From Octopus sinensis (lineage: Eukaryota), in assembly GCF_006345805.1 (NCBI RefSeq), contig NC_042998.1, forward strand, positions 24,242,001 to 24,306,000: DNA of 64,000 nt, written 5' to 3'. The notes beneath the pieces are model-generated. The model searched no databases. It was not told where the DNA came from and saw only the letters and a program-made list of their open reading frames with translations. Each line of letters starts with the position of its first letter. Position 1 is the stretch's first letter. A program made the translations under genes and the position numbers. Of this stretch, positions 37,319 through 50,956 are shown piece by piece.

Positions 37319-37699
37319 GTGAATTAAAACCATTCTTTACATTCCTGGATATATACATACATATTCCCAGGTCTATTCTCCATTTTTTTAGGAGGGGCTA
37401 GCCACAACAAGAAACACACCAAGTATTCCATTCATTTCCCAGCTCAAAGAGGCAAGACCCGTTCTATGCTCAGGTCAAGGCATAGAATGCAACCCCAAAT
37501 ATCTCCAGCGGGGCCTGACAGCATATGAATATTGACTTTTATCAGATACTTCGTATATTTATAGATAAATATATAAATATACTATAAATAAGACCCCAAA
37601 GTACAATATGTAGATGCATATAATGCTGTAGAGTTATACCTAATTGATTTGGAAATTTGTTTTCCCAAATTATTTATGTGTGTGTGTGTATGTACATGT

Positions 37700-38230
37700 A
37701 TATGGTGGCTGCCCCCTCGTTATCGAGTATGGCCATTGCACGAAGCTTAATCAATGTTGTTATCGTGCAATGCCTGTGCAAGAAGATATTTTTTTAAGTG
37801 AGGAAAGGCTGTGCACTGAGTCAATCCTACTCACTAAGCAACAGCAGCCATAATCTGAAAAGAAGAATAAGTCAACATCATCGGTAACCACTGAGCCGCA
37901 GGTTTTATGCCGGAGTTATCCCAGTTACCTGAGTTGCCTTCTCCTAGAAGGATGCCCTGACAAAGGCTAGGAGTCCTTCACTCCCAATGGTTTAACAGCA
38001 TGATCGGGTATTCAATCCGATTGTTTCTATGTCCCCCCCGCATGATACAGCCTTAAGACATTTATTGGATGGCCATTGACTCTCAAGAGTTCCTGCGCCC
38101 TTTGACGGGTTTTGTTTTTCATCCTGCAGGGTGACCAATAAACACCCTCCTCACCAAGCGAGCTTGGTGGGGTTGCCGGTTTAGTCGCCGACAGCCCAAC
38201 CATGCAACAGGTAGTACTGGGTTACAGTAT
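37700..38230 (-). mobile_element. GC-richer interspersed repeat, possibly RTE 5'UTR-derived
   Basis: Contains TCTAGGAGAAGGCAACTC (minus), resembling RTE 5' leaders from memory; no ORF. Confidence 0.35.
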
Positions 38231-38361
38231 GTATATGTATATACACTTATATATACATATACATTATAATGCAGCATTAGAGAGGTCTGGCTTTCAGAAT
38301 AGAATAATCTATAATTTAACCAAATGTAGGGATGCCAAGAAGACACACATATATATATATA

Positions 38362-38740
38362 TATCAATAGATTTATTGCAGGAACTTCGTAGTGGCTGTT
38401 GGGGTAATAGTATTAATAAAATAGGAGATGGAATGTGTAATAGACTTTATTAGGTACAACACATATTTCGACCTGTTCTGGGTCTCTTCAGGTACATCAA
38501 AAAAAGTCTCACTGGAGCTTTTTGAGTCAGCTTATGTACTGCTATATATCCTTCAAATTCGAGAATGAGTAAAATCAGAGAAAAATTATTGAAACGCAAA
38601 AAAATTCAAATATGAACATGGAAAGTGTACATTCAAGTTTAGAGAAAATGATGTAATCAGCTTTCGCTGTTGTAACTGTTAAGAGAAAGAAACTGAAGTA
38701 GAAGTTGAAAGGAAGATAATACTTAGACGAAAATGTATAC
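38362..38740 (-). mobile_element. (TA)n-flanked element carrying a hammerhead
   Basis: TA tracts at both ends; HHR inside. Confidence 0.55.
38454..38495 (-). ncRNA. Type I hammerhead ribozyme motif, near canonical
   Basis: gtac CTGAAGA GACC-cagaaca-GGTC GAAA T atgt GTT gtac. Confidence 0.65.
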
Positions 38741-39014
38741 ATGCATATACATATATATATATGCACTGATATTTTTTCCTATCTTGTCTGTAATAGATTT
38801 GTGACTATTCGGTGATACAGAAGTATTTTTTGACTTCTATCATTAGTGATATTGGTACTCACGTAGTACCCTTGTGTATATATGTACATATCTAATATTG
38901 TATATATATTTTATTAATTTGCCTGTACGGCTGATAATTCGCTTACCACTTGTGATGGTATTTTAATAATACCATCCCTATATTTATTTATACATATATA
39001 TATATATATATATA

Positions 39015-39175
39015 TAAAGGGAAAGTTTACAAAAATAAACAAAAGACGAAGGCAGGTGCAGTACAAACAAACAAATATATTAGTATAGCACTCAGGAATA
39101 GAAATAGAAAAAGTTTTGAGCCTACGCTCTTCGACAGAAAGATACACAGAAAAAAAACCAGGAGAGAAACAAGGA

Positions 39176-39178
<3 letters not shown>
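39015..39178 (-). mobile_element. Family H1 copy, HHR 3' part deleted
   Basis: tcttt CTGTCGA A GAG cgtagg CTC aAAAC, then a deletion. Confidence 0.6.
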
Positions 39179-39225
<47 letters not shown>

Positions 39226-40009
39226 CATATAAAACTTACTTGGAAAAGGATGCATGGCATTCGATCATATGATAATATAAATATATGCATATATACATAC
39301 ATATATGTACATACCTACATATATATGTATATATACATGCATATATGGGTACAGGACATATATACATATATATATATGTATGTATGTTTGCATGTATGTT
39401 TGTATGTATGTATGTATGCATGTATGTATGTATGTGTATTTGTTTGTATGTATGTACGTATGTATTTATGTATGTATGTATGTGTATTTGTATGTATGTA
39501 TGTGTGTATGTATGTAGAGAGAAAGCGAGATTGTCATCCCAAGCTACTTTTGTCTTATTTCCTCATGTGCAGCTTCAATGCGTTCTGTTTTACAAGTTGT
39601 TTGTTGCTTGGATAGAAAAACAGCTGAATGAATTCTTTATGCCGTTTTTCCTTTAAGTATGTGATTTTTAAGTAAGAGGTAAGGAAATCCGATTTTCAGC
39701 AATTGTCATTGTTACTCAACTATTTAAATGATAAAACTATGTCTTTGAGCAAACTCTTCTTATACCAGCACAAAATAATATGTAAATTCAGAAAGAACAT
39801 TTTCAATTTCATTTTTATATATCACAAATCTGAGATCATGTCCGTCAAAAATATTCATGAAATAATTTTTGTTCCCTGAAGTCTATTTTTCAAAATTAAT
39901 GATAATTCTTTGCTTTTCTTTAAAGAATTTTATATTTGGCTTCAGCTAAAATAATTATTGCATTTTGCTTGAATTTACTCTTTTGTTACCACGTGCTAGT
40001 AGGGTGCTA

Positions 40010-40357
40010 ATCTGAGCATGATCGATGCCAGAGCAGCCAACTGGATTCCGTACCCATGGCATGTAAAAGGGCACCATTCGAGTGTGATCATTACCAACGT
40101 CTCTTCACTGGCACCTGTGCCGGTGGCACGTGTAAAAAAGATTTGAGCGAGGTCATTGCCAGTACCGCCTGACTGGCGCCCGTGCTGGTGGCACATAAAA
40201 AGCACCCACTACACTCTCAGAGCGGTTGGCATTAGGAAGGGCATCCAGCTGTAAAAACTCTGCCAGATCAAGATTGGAGCCTGGTGCAGCCATCTGGTTC
40301 ACCAGCCCTCAGTCAAAATCGTCCAACCCATGCTAGCATGGAAAACGGACGTTAAAC

Positions 40358-40392
<35 letters not shown>
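40010..40392 (+). mobile_element. S2
   Basis: Body and (GAT)n tail. Confidence 0.85.
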
Positions 40393-40395
<3 letters not shown>

Positions 40396-40859
40396 CCTTT
40401 GAAATACATCACTGTTTAAATTAATTTTGAAAATAATGCAGAATTTAGTAAAATGCCTGTTGTTATTACGCTGATGTTGGGAACATAATTAACATGAAAT
40501 TTTGATGAAAAGTTTTAATTTAGATCAATATAAAAAAGGAAGTTTGTATCACAGAACCAGTAGGGAGGTGTATAATAGAACCAGGGGGCTTTTATAATAG
40601 AATTGGTTTGTATCACAGAGCAAGTCTCAGTGGGGTTAGTATCAAAAGGCTTAGAATGATTCCCATCCATTTTATTTGAATTATAGATATTTTGTTTCCA
40701 ATTCTTTAACGTTTGTATGAATGTAAGAACGACAGTTCTGTATGCTACTTTATTTTTTAAAATGATAATTTTGAAAATACATCAAAGCTTTTTAAAAATG
40801 TCTTTCATCTAAAGATTCTTAGTTTTCATCCTATAAAAATCAAATAGAAATTGTAGTTG

Positions 40860-41057
40860 TGATACCTGTGCCGGTGGCATGTAAAAAGCACCCACTACAC
40901 TCATGGAGTGATTGGTGTTAGGAAGGGCATCCAGCTGTAGAAACACTGCCAGATCAGACTGGAGCTTAGTGCAGCCTCCTAGCTTCCCAGACCCCAGTTG
41001 AACCGTCCAACCCATGCTAGCATGGAAAATGGACGTTAAACGATGATGATGATGATG
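40860..41057 (+). mobile_element. S2 3' fragment
   Basis: Tail region. Confidence 0.85.
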
Positions 41058-41699
41058 AATTCAATTTTCCCTCACCTTCTTTATAATGTTCATTTCTTGA
41101 TAATTAAAAAGTGCTATAGCTATAACTAATCATTATAACTTTGTATGTTTTCCTAATGACTTTGGTTAGTCAAGTAAAGGATAAATTTCTATCTATTTGC
41201 GGCTTTTAAATTGGTGATTTAAAATATACAAACATTTAATTAAAATACCAGGATGATTGCAAAATCGTGTATGTGTGTTTGTTTCTTTTCTTTTGAAAAT
41301 TTTGACCATGAAGTGAACATTGCCAATACAGGAACTGAAGATGAATGGGGCTGACTATGACAGAATGCAAGAAGATATGAAAAATTCAAGAACCAAAAAA
41401 TGAAAAAAAAAAGCAAAGTGATTTTATGGTGTATCTTCTTTAACACGCCTAGTCTTTCATCAGCTATAACTGCATCAGAAATGATTGCAGACCAACCAGC
41501 CAGTGTATCAGAAGGTGAATTCAGTGCTTTCAAGAACTGAAAGTCTCTTTCAAAAAATAGGAAATAATAAAACTTTGTGTGTTGAAAAACAGGAAAACAC
41601 ATCACAGACTATATGGTCTATGTTTCTTAGAGTTTGATAACAAATCAACAAATGCAATTTTATCAGATGCCTTGCAGACACAAGTGATTTCATTGGGAT

Positions 41700-43960
41700 A
41701 AAGTTCTTTTTTTTTTTTCAAAATAATAAAGGGCCATTTGTTCCTACATAAAACTGATCAATGGCTTAAAAGAACTTTTGAAAATGGATATGGTGAAGAT
41801 ATTTGATGCTAATGGCATGTTTATTCTCGTGAGAATAAAATGGCTTTTGGTTGTTGTTCTGTCTAATGTTTACAAAATCTGTGGTGCTGCCACGTAACTG
41901 AATGGTCTAATCAAGCTCAAAATAGTGATGTTGCTAACTACCAACTATTCACAAGACAGACAACTGCCCTGCTCTACCTGTGCTGATAGCATTGACTACA
42001 AACATAGAACGCACACCTTCTATTGGGTCCTCATAACTCACAAAAACTGTATCAACTTTGTAAGTCGACTACAATCACTTCAGCCAATAGTGTTATCATT
42101 TTGCAATCCTTACTCATGTGAACTTCACAGACATCATTCTGAATATGTGCTTAAGTCAGCTACACAAACCATGAAGGAAATACATAAAAACCATTCACAA
42201 ATTGTAGAATAGCCAAGCTCAGGGCAAAACTGGTCTGGCGCAAGGTCTTCGAAAACTATTCCAAATCCATGGATACATTGCATGTTTACTTGTATTTAGG
42301 ACATGAAATATCTTCTACAAAGTTGAAGTAATACAGTTCTCTGTATTTTTTTTTCAAGAAGGGTGATGTTCTTGTAGTAACTGTTTGTGCATCTGTTTGA
42401 ATCCAGTCAGAATATTCTATGTCATTCTATTGCAGAGATTTCAACACTAGCATCACCAAGACATTTAACCAAATGAATGTAGTTTTAAGCAGAGCCAAGG
42501 TAGCAGAGATTAAATTTAGACTTTGAGAATGGTTCAGAACATTTTTTTTAAACGGAACACGTTTTCTTAAATTTTGTGACAACCTTTGATTTTATCAATC
42601 AAAGCACATTCTGGGATAACATGAATGCAGATGGATTGCTTGTAAAGCTGCTAAATCTAACAGAAAGATGCTACAACTCTACATGGGTCTGGTAAGGCTG
42701 TGCTTCATCTCCAAAGTTCTTCAACTATATCATTGGCTGAAACACACTGTTTGCTCTGGAGGATTTTCTGAGTCTCACTTTGGAATGAGATCTCATTGTC
42801 ACTGTCCATGACCTTGCAAATCATTTTGTGACTAATGGTGCTATGACCAGTCAACTACTGAATTCTTCAGTGCTAAAATGTCATGTATTGGTAGGAAAGT
42901 CAGTCTACTAAAACACAGATTGTAAGACTGTAATTGCTGGTTTCTCATTTTCTGGATGGTGCTTTTTACGTGCCACTAGCACAGGAACCAGTTGAGGAGA
43001 CAGGGGTGTGGCATAGGCCACATTTGGATGGTGCTTTTATGTGCTACTGGCACAGGAACCAGTTGAGGTGAGGTTCTGGCATCGACCACATTTGGATGGT
43101 GCTTTTTACGTGCTACAAGCATAGGAACCAGTTGGTGCAGGGGTCTAGCATTGTCCATGTTTGGATGGTGCTTTTAATGTGCTACCAGCACAGAAACCAG
43201 TTGAGGCAGGGGTCTAGCGTCGACCATGTTCGGATGGTGTTTTTTACATGCCACTGGCATGGATGTGCCATCTAAGTAATGTGGAAAAGAATCTTAGGCA
43301 ATGAATGTATTCAAATGATGACTAAATAGTTGTTCACAAGACCAAATACTTTGACCTCATGTTTGATTTCACTCCAAACCAAGAATATGGAGAGCAAGTA
43401 ACCAGAACTGTCCATTCTATTGATATTCATTCAAAGGAAAAAACAATTTTATAAGAGAGTTTTTTCATGAATTAATCCAATAAAAATGAAAGGAGGCAAA
43501 AAGCAGTTGGAAATTTTGGAACAACTTATAAAATATGAAATACTGTTAGAAGACAATGTTGTGGTTATGGCAGGTTATAAAAGATAGCATTCATCGGAGG
43601 ATTAATGAAAAGAATTATGCAAAGTTTTTTTTTTGTAAATTCTGACAATCATTCACTCAAATTGCAGTGTTAACAATAATGTATCTATGGTAACTTTTTT
43701 GATATAATTTAGTTGCTTTATTCATTCTTTTCTCACTCAGTTTTGTTTGTAAAAGCTAAAAGGGGCCAAGTGATATAGTTGTCAGATCTGATTCTGAAAC
43801 TCGGTGGAATTCCAGAACAGAGACCATGAAACCAATTCATGAACACTTTGATATTATAGCAGGAATTATGCAACGGATGGTTAATGATCAAAATCAAACA
43901 GTTGATACAAGAGATGTTGCAAAGCCAGTGCTGAAGCACAATTTGACATTTAATTTCTCA
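41700..43960 (+). pseudogene. Heavily decayed hAT transposase, interrupted by S2 subrepeats (42955-43262)
   Basis: TTF-zinc-finger-like WHVYSRENKMAFGCC (~41810); KYFDLMFDFTPN...EQ (~43335); SETRWNSRTETMKPIHEHF (~43795); many stops and frameshifts. Confidence 0.65.
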
Positions 43961-43969
43961 GCTTTGTTA

Positions 43970-44140
43970 ATGAGCTAGCTGGTAGAACTGCTAGCTCATT
44001 GGACAAAAATGCTTAGTGGCATTTTGACCAAATTCACGACCTGGGTTCAAATTCTGTTATGATCAAATTTTCATCTTTGCATGGTTGAGAAATTAAGTAC
44101 CAGCTAAGCACTGGGGCCTCGTGCCAAAATTAGAAAGAAT
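43970..44140 (+). mobile_element. SINE S3, decayed
   Basis: GAGCTAGCTGGTAGAA...GGGTTCAAATTC. Confidence 0.6.
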
Positions 44141-44340
44141 TTCTTGTTTCTGTTTGTAGTTTGAAATAAGATATTTATGTAGCGATGCACAAGAAGCTTG
44201 TCCCATTTTGTACAAGATTTCACCTGTAGCCATTACCATGTCTGAGACAAGAGCAAGATCTTGCCTGCAATCCATTTGCCATGAACTAGACGACAGCGAG
44301 ACTCTCATCGGCAACAACTATTTAAGCAGGAGAATTAAGA

Positions 44341-44377
<37 letters not shown>

Positions 44378-44682
44378 TTCTCATTTACGCTGAGAAACAG
44401 TGTGAAGCTGGCAGCTCAAAGTGGACTCCTATCCTGTTCTAACTTCGCCTGTTGTCTCCAGAGGTAACAAACTTCATGTGAACAGAGCTATAACGAACCA
44501 TGTGCTGCCATAAAAATGGTCACTGGGAGTGAGCCACATGAACGAAAACTAAAAATAAACAACTATTGAATTGCACTCCACTTGTAAGCTTCTTCTTCAT
44601 GTTCCAGATCCTTAAGACTACAGAAATAATTGTAATGGTAGAAGGAGATACTCCACAGGTATCACAAGCCTTCAGTTCCATT

Positions 44683-45062
44683 ATCATCATCATCATCATC
44701 GTTTAATGTCCGTTTTCCATGCTAGCACGGCCTGGATTGTTCGACCGGGGTTTGGGAAGCCAGAAGGCTGCACCAGGCTCCAGTCTGATCAGGCAGTGTT
44801 TCTAGAGCTGGATGCCCTTCCTAACACAAACCACTCTGTGAGTGTAGTGGGTGCTTTTTATGTGCCACTGGCACAGGTGCCTGGCGAGGCTGGCAATGGC
44901 CATGATCGGTTGGTGCTTTTTACGTGTCACCGGCACGGAGGCCAGTTGAGGTGGCGCTGGCAACAGCTACGTTTGGTTCTTTTATGTGCCACCGGCACTG
45001 GTATCACAACTACAATTTCCATTGATTTTTGATCGATTTCGATTTCACTTGCCTCATTAGGT
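44683..45062 (-). mobile_element. S2
   Basis: Body and tail. Confidence 0.85.
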
Positions 45063-45634
45063 CTTTGCAGTTCTCACAGAGACTCAGCATAAGACAGAAT
45101 GTGACATGGTTGGCCCCTTTGAATTACAAGTGTAGTAGCTCTGTGTTTGATATCGGCTTACATGCAAATATTTCTTCATTTCAAAGTTGGCTCAGTCGAC
45201 TTTGTGTGGTTGCACCTTTTGTGTCGTTGTCTGTGATTGGTTAGAATGGACTGTTTCCTTCTGCTTCCAGTTTGGCATTTGTATAAAGCATGACAGTTGC
45301 CATTTCTCACAAGAGAGTTTTCCTTCCTTCACTTTAGAACTCTCTCGGTACATAGTTCTTTCACTCATATCAATGCTGCCTGCTCAGCAAGTTCTCTCGA
45401 TGAGCCAGTGGACAGAACAAACAATGTGGCCTTCATGGAGGCATTCTTGCGCACACTACTAGCATTGTTGTCACCTCCATGTTGTTTCGTTTTTGACCAA
45501 CCAGCCAACCAACCAACCAATTGTTCATACTGGAGGAAGATTTAATTTAGCCAAGTGTCGCAGGTTCAACTACCAGACACACTTACAGACTACTAAAAGT
45601 GGTGACCATTTGGCTTAAACAGGTAAAACCCAGA

Positions 45635-45765
45635 TTCATCAGCTGAGTGGACTGAAGCAATGTGAAATAAAGCGTCTTGCTCAAGGACACGATGCACCAT
45701 TGGAAAGTGAACTCACAATCTAATGATCATGAGTCAAATACCTCAAACACTGAGCCACGTACCTT
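45635..45765 (-). mobile_element. SINE S5 5' fragment
   Basis: CAGCTGAGTGGACTG...GTCTTGCTCAAGGACAC. Confidence 0.65.
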
Positions 45766-46074
45766 TAAGGTTTGACTCAAACGACCATCAGCATTCATAA
45801 CATGAATATCTTAAGGAGAATAGCTTCAGACTCAGACAGTTCTATTGGTTCTGTTGGTTACACTGACAGACAGTTCTATAGCATTATTGTAGGCGGATTT
45901 GAGCTTTATGAAAGAATCTAGAATTGTAAGATCATAAGATCATCATCACCATCATCATCATCATAATTAACATCATCATCATCATCGTTGTCGTTGTCAT
46001 CATCATCATCATCATCATTATTGTCATCATCGTCACCGTCATTTTCATCATCATATTGTTGTTGTTGTTATTAT

Positions 46075-46165
46075 TATTCAGGTCACTGCCTGGAATTGAA
46101 CTCGGAATCTTGGGGTTAGTAGCCTGTGCTCTTAACCACTATGCCATATGCCTGTGGGCATATAG
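46075..46165 (-). mobile_element. tRNA-like SINE head
   Basis: GGCATAGTGGTTAAGAGCAC...GAGTTCAATTCCAGG A/B boxes followed by (AAT)n; no proper acceptor stem. Confidence 0.6.
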
Positions 46166-46579
46166 AACCGTATCTCTATTAAGTGTTACTGCTTCACACA
46201 CTTTAGTTACTCCAATAAATGGCGATTCTTTCCATTAAGTCATGTTTATCTTCTGTCTATGCTTCAGACCACTCCCAACTTTCTTATTTGTTCAAATGTA
46301 TTGTCAATGTATTATTGTTAATTATGAGACAGTATTGACTGTAATAATCAAATCACTTTTAATTTAAAATTGATTTAGTATCATAGGTTATTTGGTACAC
46401 TGTTACAAGTAGCAACAAAAACAGTTGCAGTTTGGAGGTTCATTGGTTTACACTGCTAAATTCAATCAGTCTCTCCTCAGTTGAGGGTGTAGAAACTTAC
46501 CTGTAATAATCTTATATACCATCCAAGAGATTATCTATTCATCATCTTCTTGACATTATAGAATTAATCCAGAAATGGA

Positions 46580-47212
46580 TTAGTGGTCAGGGTATTGGCT
46601 CATGATCAAAAGGTTGTGAGTTCAATTCCAGGTGACACATGTCCTTGAGCAAGACACTTTATTTCACATTGCTCCACTCTGCTGGTAAAAATGAGTCGTA
46701 CCTGTCGAGTGTGGCTGATACCAATCCACCTGACTGGCACCCGTGCCAATGGCATATAAAATGCACCATTCAAGCATCACCAATGCTAGTACTGCCTGAT
46801 TGGCACCCATGCTCGTGGCACATAAAACGCACTATTCGAGTGTGGCCAATGCCAGTGTTGTCTGACTGGCACCCATGCTGGTGGCATGTAAAGAGCACCA
46901 TTCGAGTGTGGTCAATGCCAGTGCCACCTGACTGACACCTGTGTCAGTGGCATTTAAAAAGTACTATTCAAGTGTGGTTGATGCTAGTGCCACCTGACTG
47001 GTTCCCATACTGGTGGCATGTAAAAAGCACCCACTACATTCTTGGAGTGGTTGGCATTAGGAAAGGCATCCGGCTGTAGAAACCTTGCCAAATCAGATTG
47101 GAGCCTTGTGCAGCCTCCTGGCTTACCACTTCCCAGTCAAACCGTCCAACCCATGCCAGTATTGATAGTAGACATTAAGCGACAACGACGATGACAATGA
47201 TGATGATGATAT
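46580..47212 (+). mobile_element. S5 head fused to S2 with decayed subrepeats
   Basis: S5 5' part to ~46700, then S2 subrepeats and tail. Confidence 0.7.
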
Positions 47213-47454
47213 TACATATATTAGGAAATTATGCCACAAATATTTTTGCCACAGGAAAATTCTCTGCAAAAAATTTCATTTTAAATGACCTCATCACATT
47301 TTTCAATGTTTGATGCTGGATAAAGTCTTATCTATTTAATGTTTTTATAAAAACCTTTTATAATTTTTTTTTATATTTAAAAAAAATGCTGATATGATAC
47401 ACCTTATCATTGTCCATGCAGCAAATTTGTCTTACAGCAAATTTTTCTATATTC

Positions 47455-48347
47455 TCTTATTCTTTTGCTTGTTTTAGCCATTTGACTGCAGCCATGCTGG
47501 AGCACTGTCTTAAAGGGTTTTCTAGTTGAACAAACCAACTCCAGGACTTATTCATTGTAAGCCTAGTAGTTAATATATCAGTCACTTTTGCTGAACCGCT
47601 AAGTTGCAGGAATGTAAACACAACAACATTGGTTGTCAAGTGATGGTGGGTGACAAACGCAGACACAAAGACACACACACACACACACACACAAACAATA
47701 ACACACACACACACACACACACATATATACATATATGGCAAATGAAAGACCATGCTTTACCAGTAAGCTACCAGGTGTAAACCATTTGTGGCTTCCGTGC
47801 CAGTGACATGTAAAAAGCTCTATTTGAGCATGATTGTTACCAGTGTCGCCCTACTGGTACTTGTGCCAGCGGCACATGAAAAAATATTCGAGCGAGGTTG
47901 TTGCCAGTGCTGCTGAACTGGCTCCTGTGCAGGTGGCATGTAAAAAATACCATTTGAGCATGGCCATTGCCAGTACCGCCTGACTGGCCCTCGTGCCAGT
48001 GGCACGTAAAAGCACCCACTACACTCTCGGAGTGGTTGGCATTAGGAAGGACATCCAGCTGTAGAAAATCTGCCAGATCAGATTGGAGCCTGGTGCAGCC
48101 ATCTGGTTCACCAGTCCTCAGTCAAATCATCCAACCCATGCCAGCATGGAAAGTGGACATTAAACAATGATGATGATGATGATATATATGATGGGCTTCT
48201 TTCAGTTTCCATGTACCAAATCAACTCACAAGGCTTTGGTTGGCCTGATGAGGCTATAGTAGAAGACACTTGCCCAAGGTGCCATGCAGTGGAACTGAAC
48301 CCAGAACCATGTGGTTGAAAAACAAGCTTTTTACCACACAGCCATGT
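47455..48347 (-). mobile_element. SINE S1 split by an S2 insertion (47770-48182, plus strand)
   Basis: S1 3' half 47455-47735, 5' half 48187-48347. Confidence 0.8.
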
Positions 48348-48712
48348 CTGAATTTCTTACAACGAATTTTCTGAACACCGTATATTTTGCCTTGTTTCAA
48401 TCATTCAGATCTATTTCAGAATTCTTCTTATGCATTACGTAGAATTTTTGCTGAGTGGTATATTTGATTATGGGAAGTGGATGGTGAGTGACTTCACTCA
48501 TTACTTCTGTGTTGACATCCCTCTAATGGTAAGCCATGAATCACAAGTTTCGTTGGCTATGGATAAGAGCATCTAGAAAAGGCCTTCATGGATTTCTATT
48601 CTAAACTTTGAAATTGTAAGTTGATATCCTCTTTAACTGGTCACAGATTCATGTTGAGAAAGGAAGAAGGATAAGCACAAAGGCAACAACTTTGCCTTCA
48701 CTATTCAAACAT

Positions 48713-49002
48713 TAACAGGAATGATGAGTAATTTCACTTCCTGATACTCTACAGGATATGGGAAGTACCAAAACTGAGTCAAGGGTGCATTTAATTGAAG
48801 AAACCCTACCACATTCCTGACATTTGTTTAAGTATTCTTGAAGACACTAAACGCAGAGTCACTCAAGACGAATTTGAGTTCAGAACATAAAGAAAAGGAC
48901 ACGATGGAATAGTGTAAGGAATTTAGTGTAGTTCTCTGTCGTTTGTGCAAATTAACAACCTGTAATACTGTTATTTTGTGATGCGATGGTGTGTACGAGA
49001 AT
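48713..49002 (+). repeat. 290-bp direct repeat, copy 1
   Basis: Matches 50957-51246 with few substitutions. Confidence 0.92.
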
Positions 49003-50589
49003 GTCAGAGGTGTCATTCAGTCAGCCACTTGAAGGAGAATTGTACCGAAAAAAAAAAATCAATTATTTGTGCACATCTCTCCTGGCATGCTTCTGCATAC
49101 ATGCAAATGCACATGCACATTTACAGGTGTGCACATGCACACACACACATGCACATAGACATTAGAATTCTTTCATGGTTCCATATGTGTAAATTTTGTA
49201 ATCATTTAGTTGTTATGTTTGATATTCCTCAATGTTCTGAAGCCTTCAAGTCTTTCTCCTTTATCTTTGATAAATATACACTCTTACGTTAGAAACATTC
49301 CTTTGTAATTCTTAGATTTCTGAAATACTTTTCCTTTTTTTTTTCCCTCATTTTATTCTATTTATTTTCTTCGTTCTCAGTTATGCTTTACTCTTGCTGA
49401 TTTACACTCAAATTCTTATCTGTTTTTCTGTTTTTTTTTTATACTTCTTTTATTTCCTGATTTATTATTTATTCATTCAACTTCTTATATTGATTCCTAA
49501 CTTTACTTTTCCTCAACTTCCATTAATTCCTTTTGAAATCATTATTCTATACATCAGTATATTTCTTTCCTGTCTTTTAATTCTCATTTCTTTTATATTA
49601 TATTAAGAGATTATAGCATATACAAGTCACCATCTTTTCATATCTGCAGCTTTTTCAATTTTTCATACTGTCTCTCATCTAGTGAATCATGATGCTCAGT
49701 ACAGCAACGAATGTATAGCTAATTGATGCTGTTAGCTGAAAGGTAATTTATTTTGATAGATATGACCTCTAACATTTCACTAAATCATGTATTTGAAGAA
49801 TAGGTGAACATTATTACATTCTGCTATTTGATCATAAGTTTCAATCATTGAAGACAGTGAATCATTTCTATTTATTTAATTTTAGTAGCTTTAGTATTCG
49901 TACTTGATATATTTTTGATTAACAAATTTACACAATACACAATTCATTCGATATAACTTCTCCATTCTTTTTTCTTTTTTTTTCAGTTGTACAAAAGAAT
50001 TTTCACATTTTTAAAAGATTCTTTAAAAGTCGATGTAAAAGCATGAGGGTTCTAGAAATGTTATACCTTCTTATGGTACTTTAATTTAAATATGTTCTCT
50101 TGTTTCTCTTCAGCTATTCCTTTGAATATAAGGTAATTTCATAATCTTCTTTTGATGTTTTTGTTCAGTAGAATTTCTAATATCTATATATTAATTTCTT
50201 TAGAACATACTTTTCAAACACAGAGAATTTTAAACTATATGTTGGTAATTTACTTTGTACGTCTGACACAACAGTGAGAAATGGCTATGCTTCATGTAGC
50301 AGCTTGCAAACTTATAGAATGGACAATTGAGTGCTTATGTACACACATACATACATACACACATATGTATGTGTATGTATGTATGGATGTATATGTATAC
50401 ACACACACATGCACACACACACACACAAATGTATATAAATATACATACAGATATACATATGTACATACATATATAAATACATACATACATACATAAATAT
50501 ATATATGTATATATATATATACTCAATCTAAACAAGAACAGACAAGAAAAACAACATGAGGACGTGGAATAAGTACTATATATACATAC

Positions 50590-50639
<50 letters not shown>

Positions 50640-50640
<1 letters not shown>

Positions 50641-50790
50641 TTTGTGCCAAACACATTTGTACAATCTGCCAAAGGACCTATTTGCCTTAGAGAGTCTGCT
50701 TTCAATTTCTTTCTCAATCCTTGCATCAAATGAGATGATGCAGCCAAGGTATGTAAACTGCCGAGTTGATTTCAGTTCGGTACTGCAGAT
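50640..50790 (-). mobile_element. RTE-clade LINE RT fragment
   Basis: FTYLGCIISFDARIEKEIESRLSKANRSFGRLYKCVWHK. Confidence 0.85.
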
Positions 50791-50956
50791 AGTGATATGG
50801 GGTGGGCGGTATTCCTCTTGGGGTGTAGGTTTGTGAAGTACCTCCGTCTTCTTGAGGCTGACCTACATGATATATATATATGCAAGCACACATACATACA
50901 CATATACAAATATATGTACAAATACATACACGTATACATATATGTATAGATATACC

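Noticed and set aside
48-39656. Many long ORFs rich in Y/I/H/T/C/V or homopolymeric L, I, H, E (e.g. 5590-6204, 19677-20219, 28282-28800)
   Set aside because: Translations of di- and trinucleotide microsatellites; no protein signal.
41240-41605. 121-aa minus-strand ORF or short plus-strand exon
   Set aside because: Lies at the 5' side of the hAT fossil; no supporting homology.
46075-46165. tRNA gene (also the heads at ~24770-24838, ~59731-59800 and ~63600-63678)
   Set aside because: A/B boxes are present but there is no complete cloverleaf; they continue into SINE bodies.
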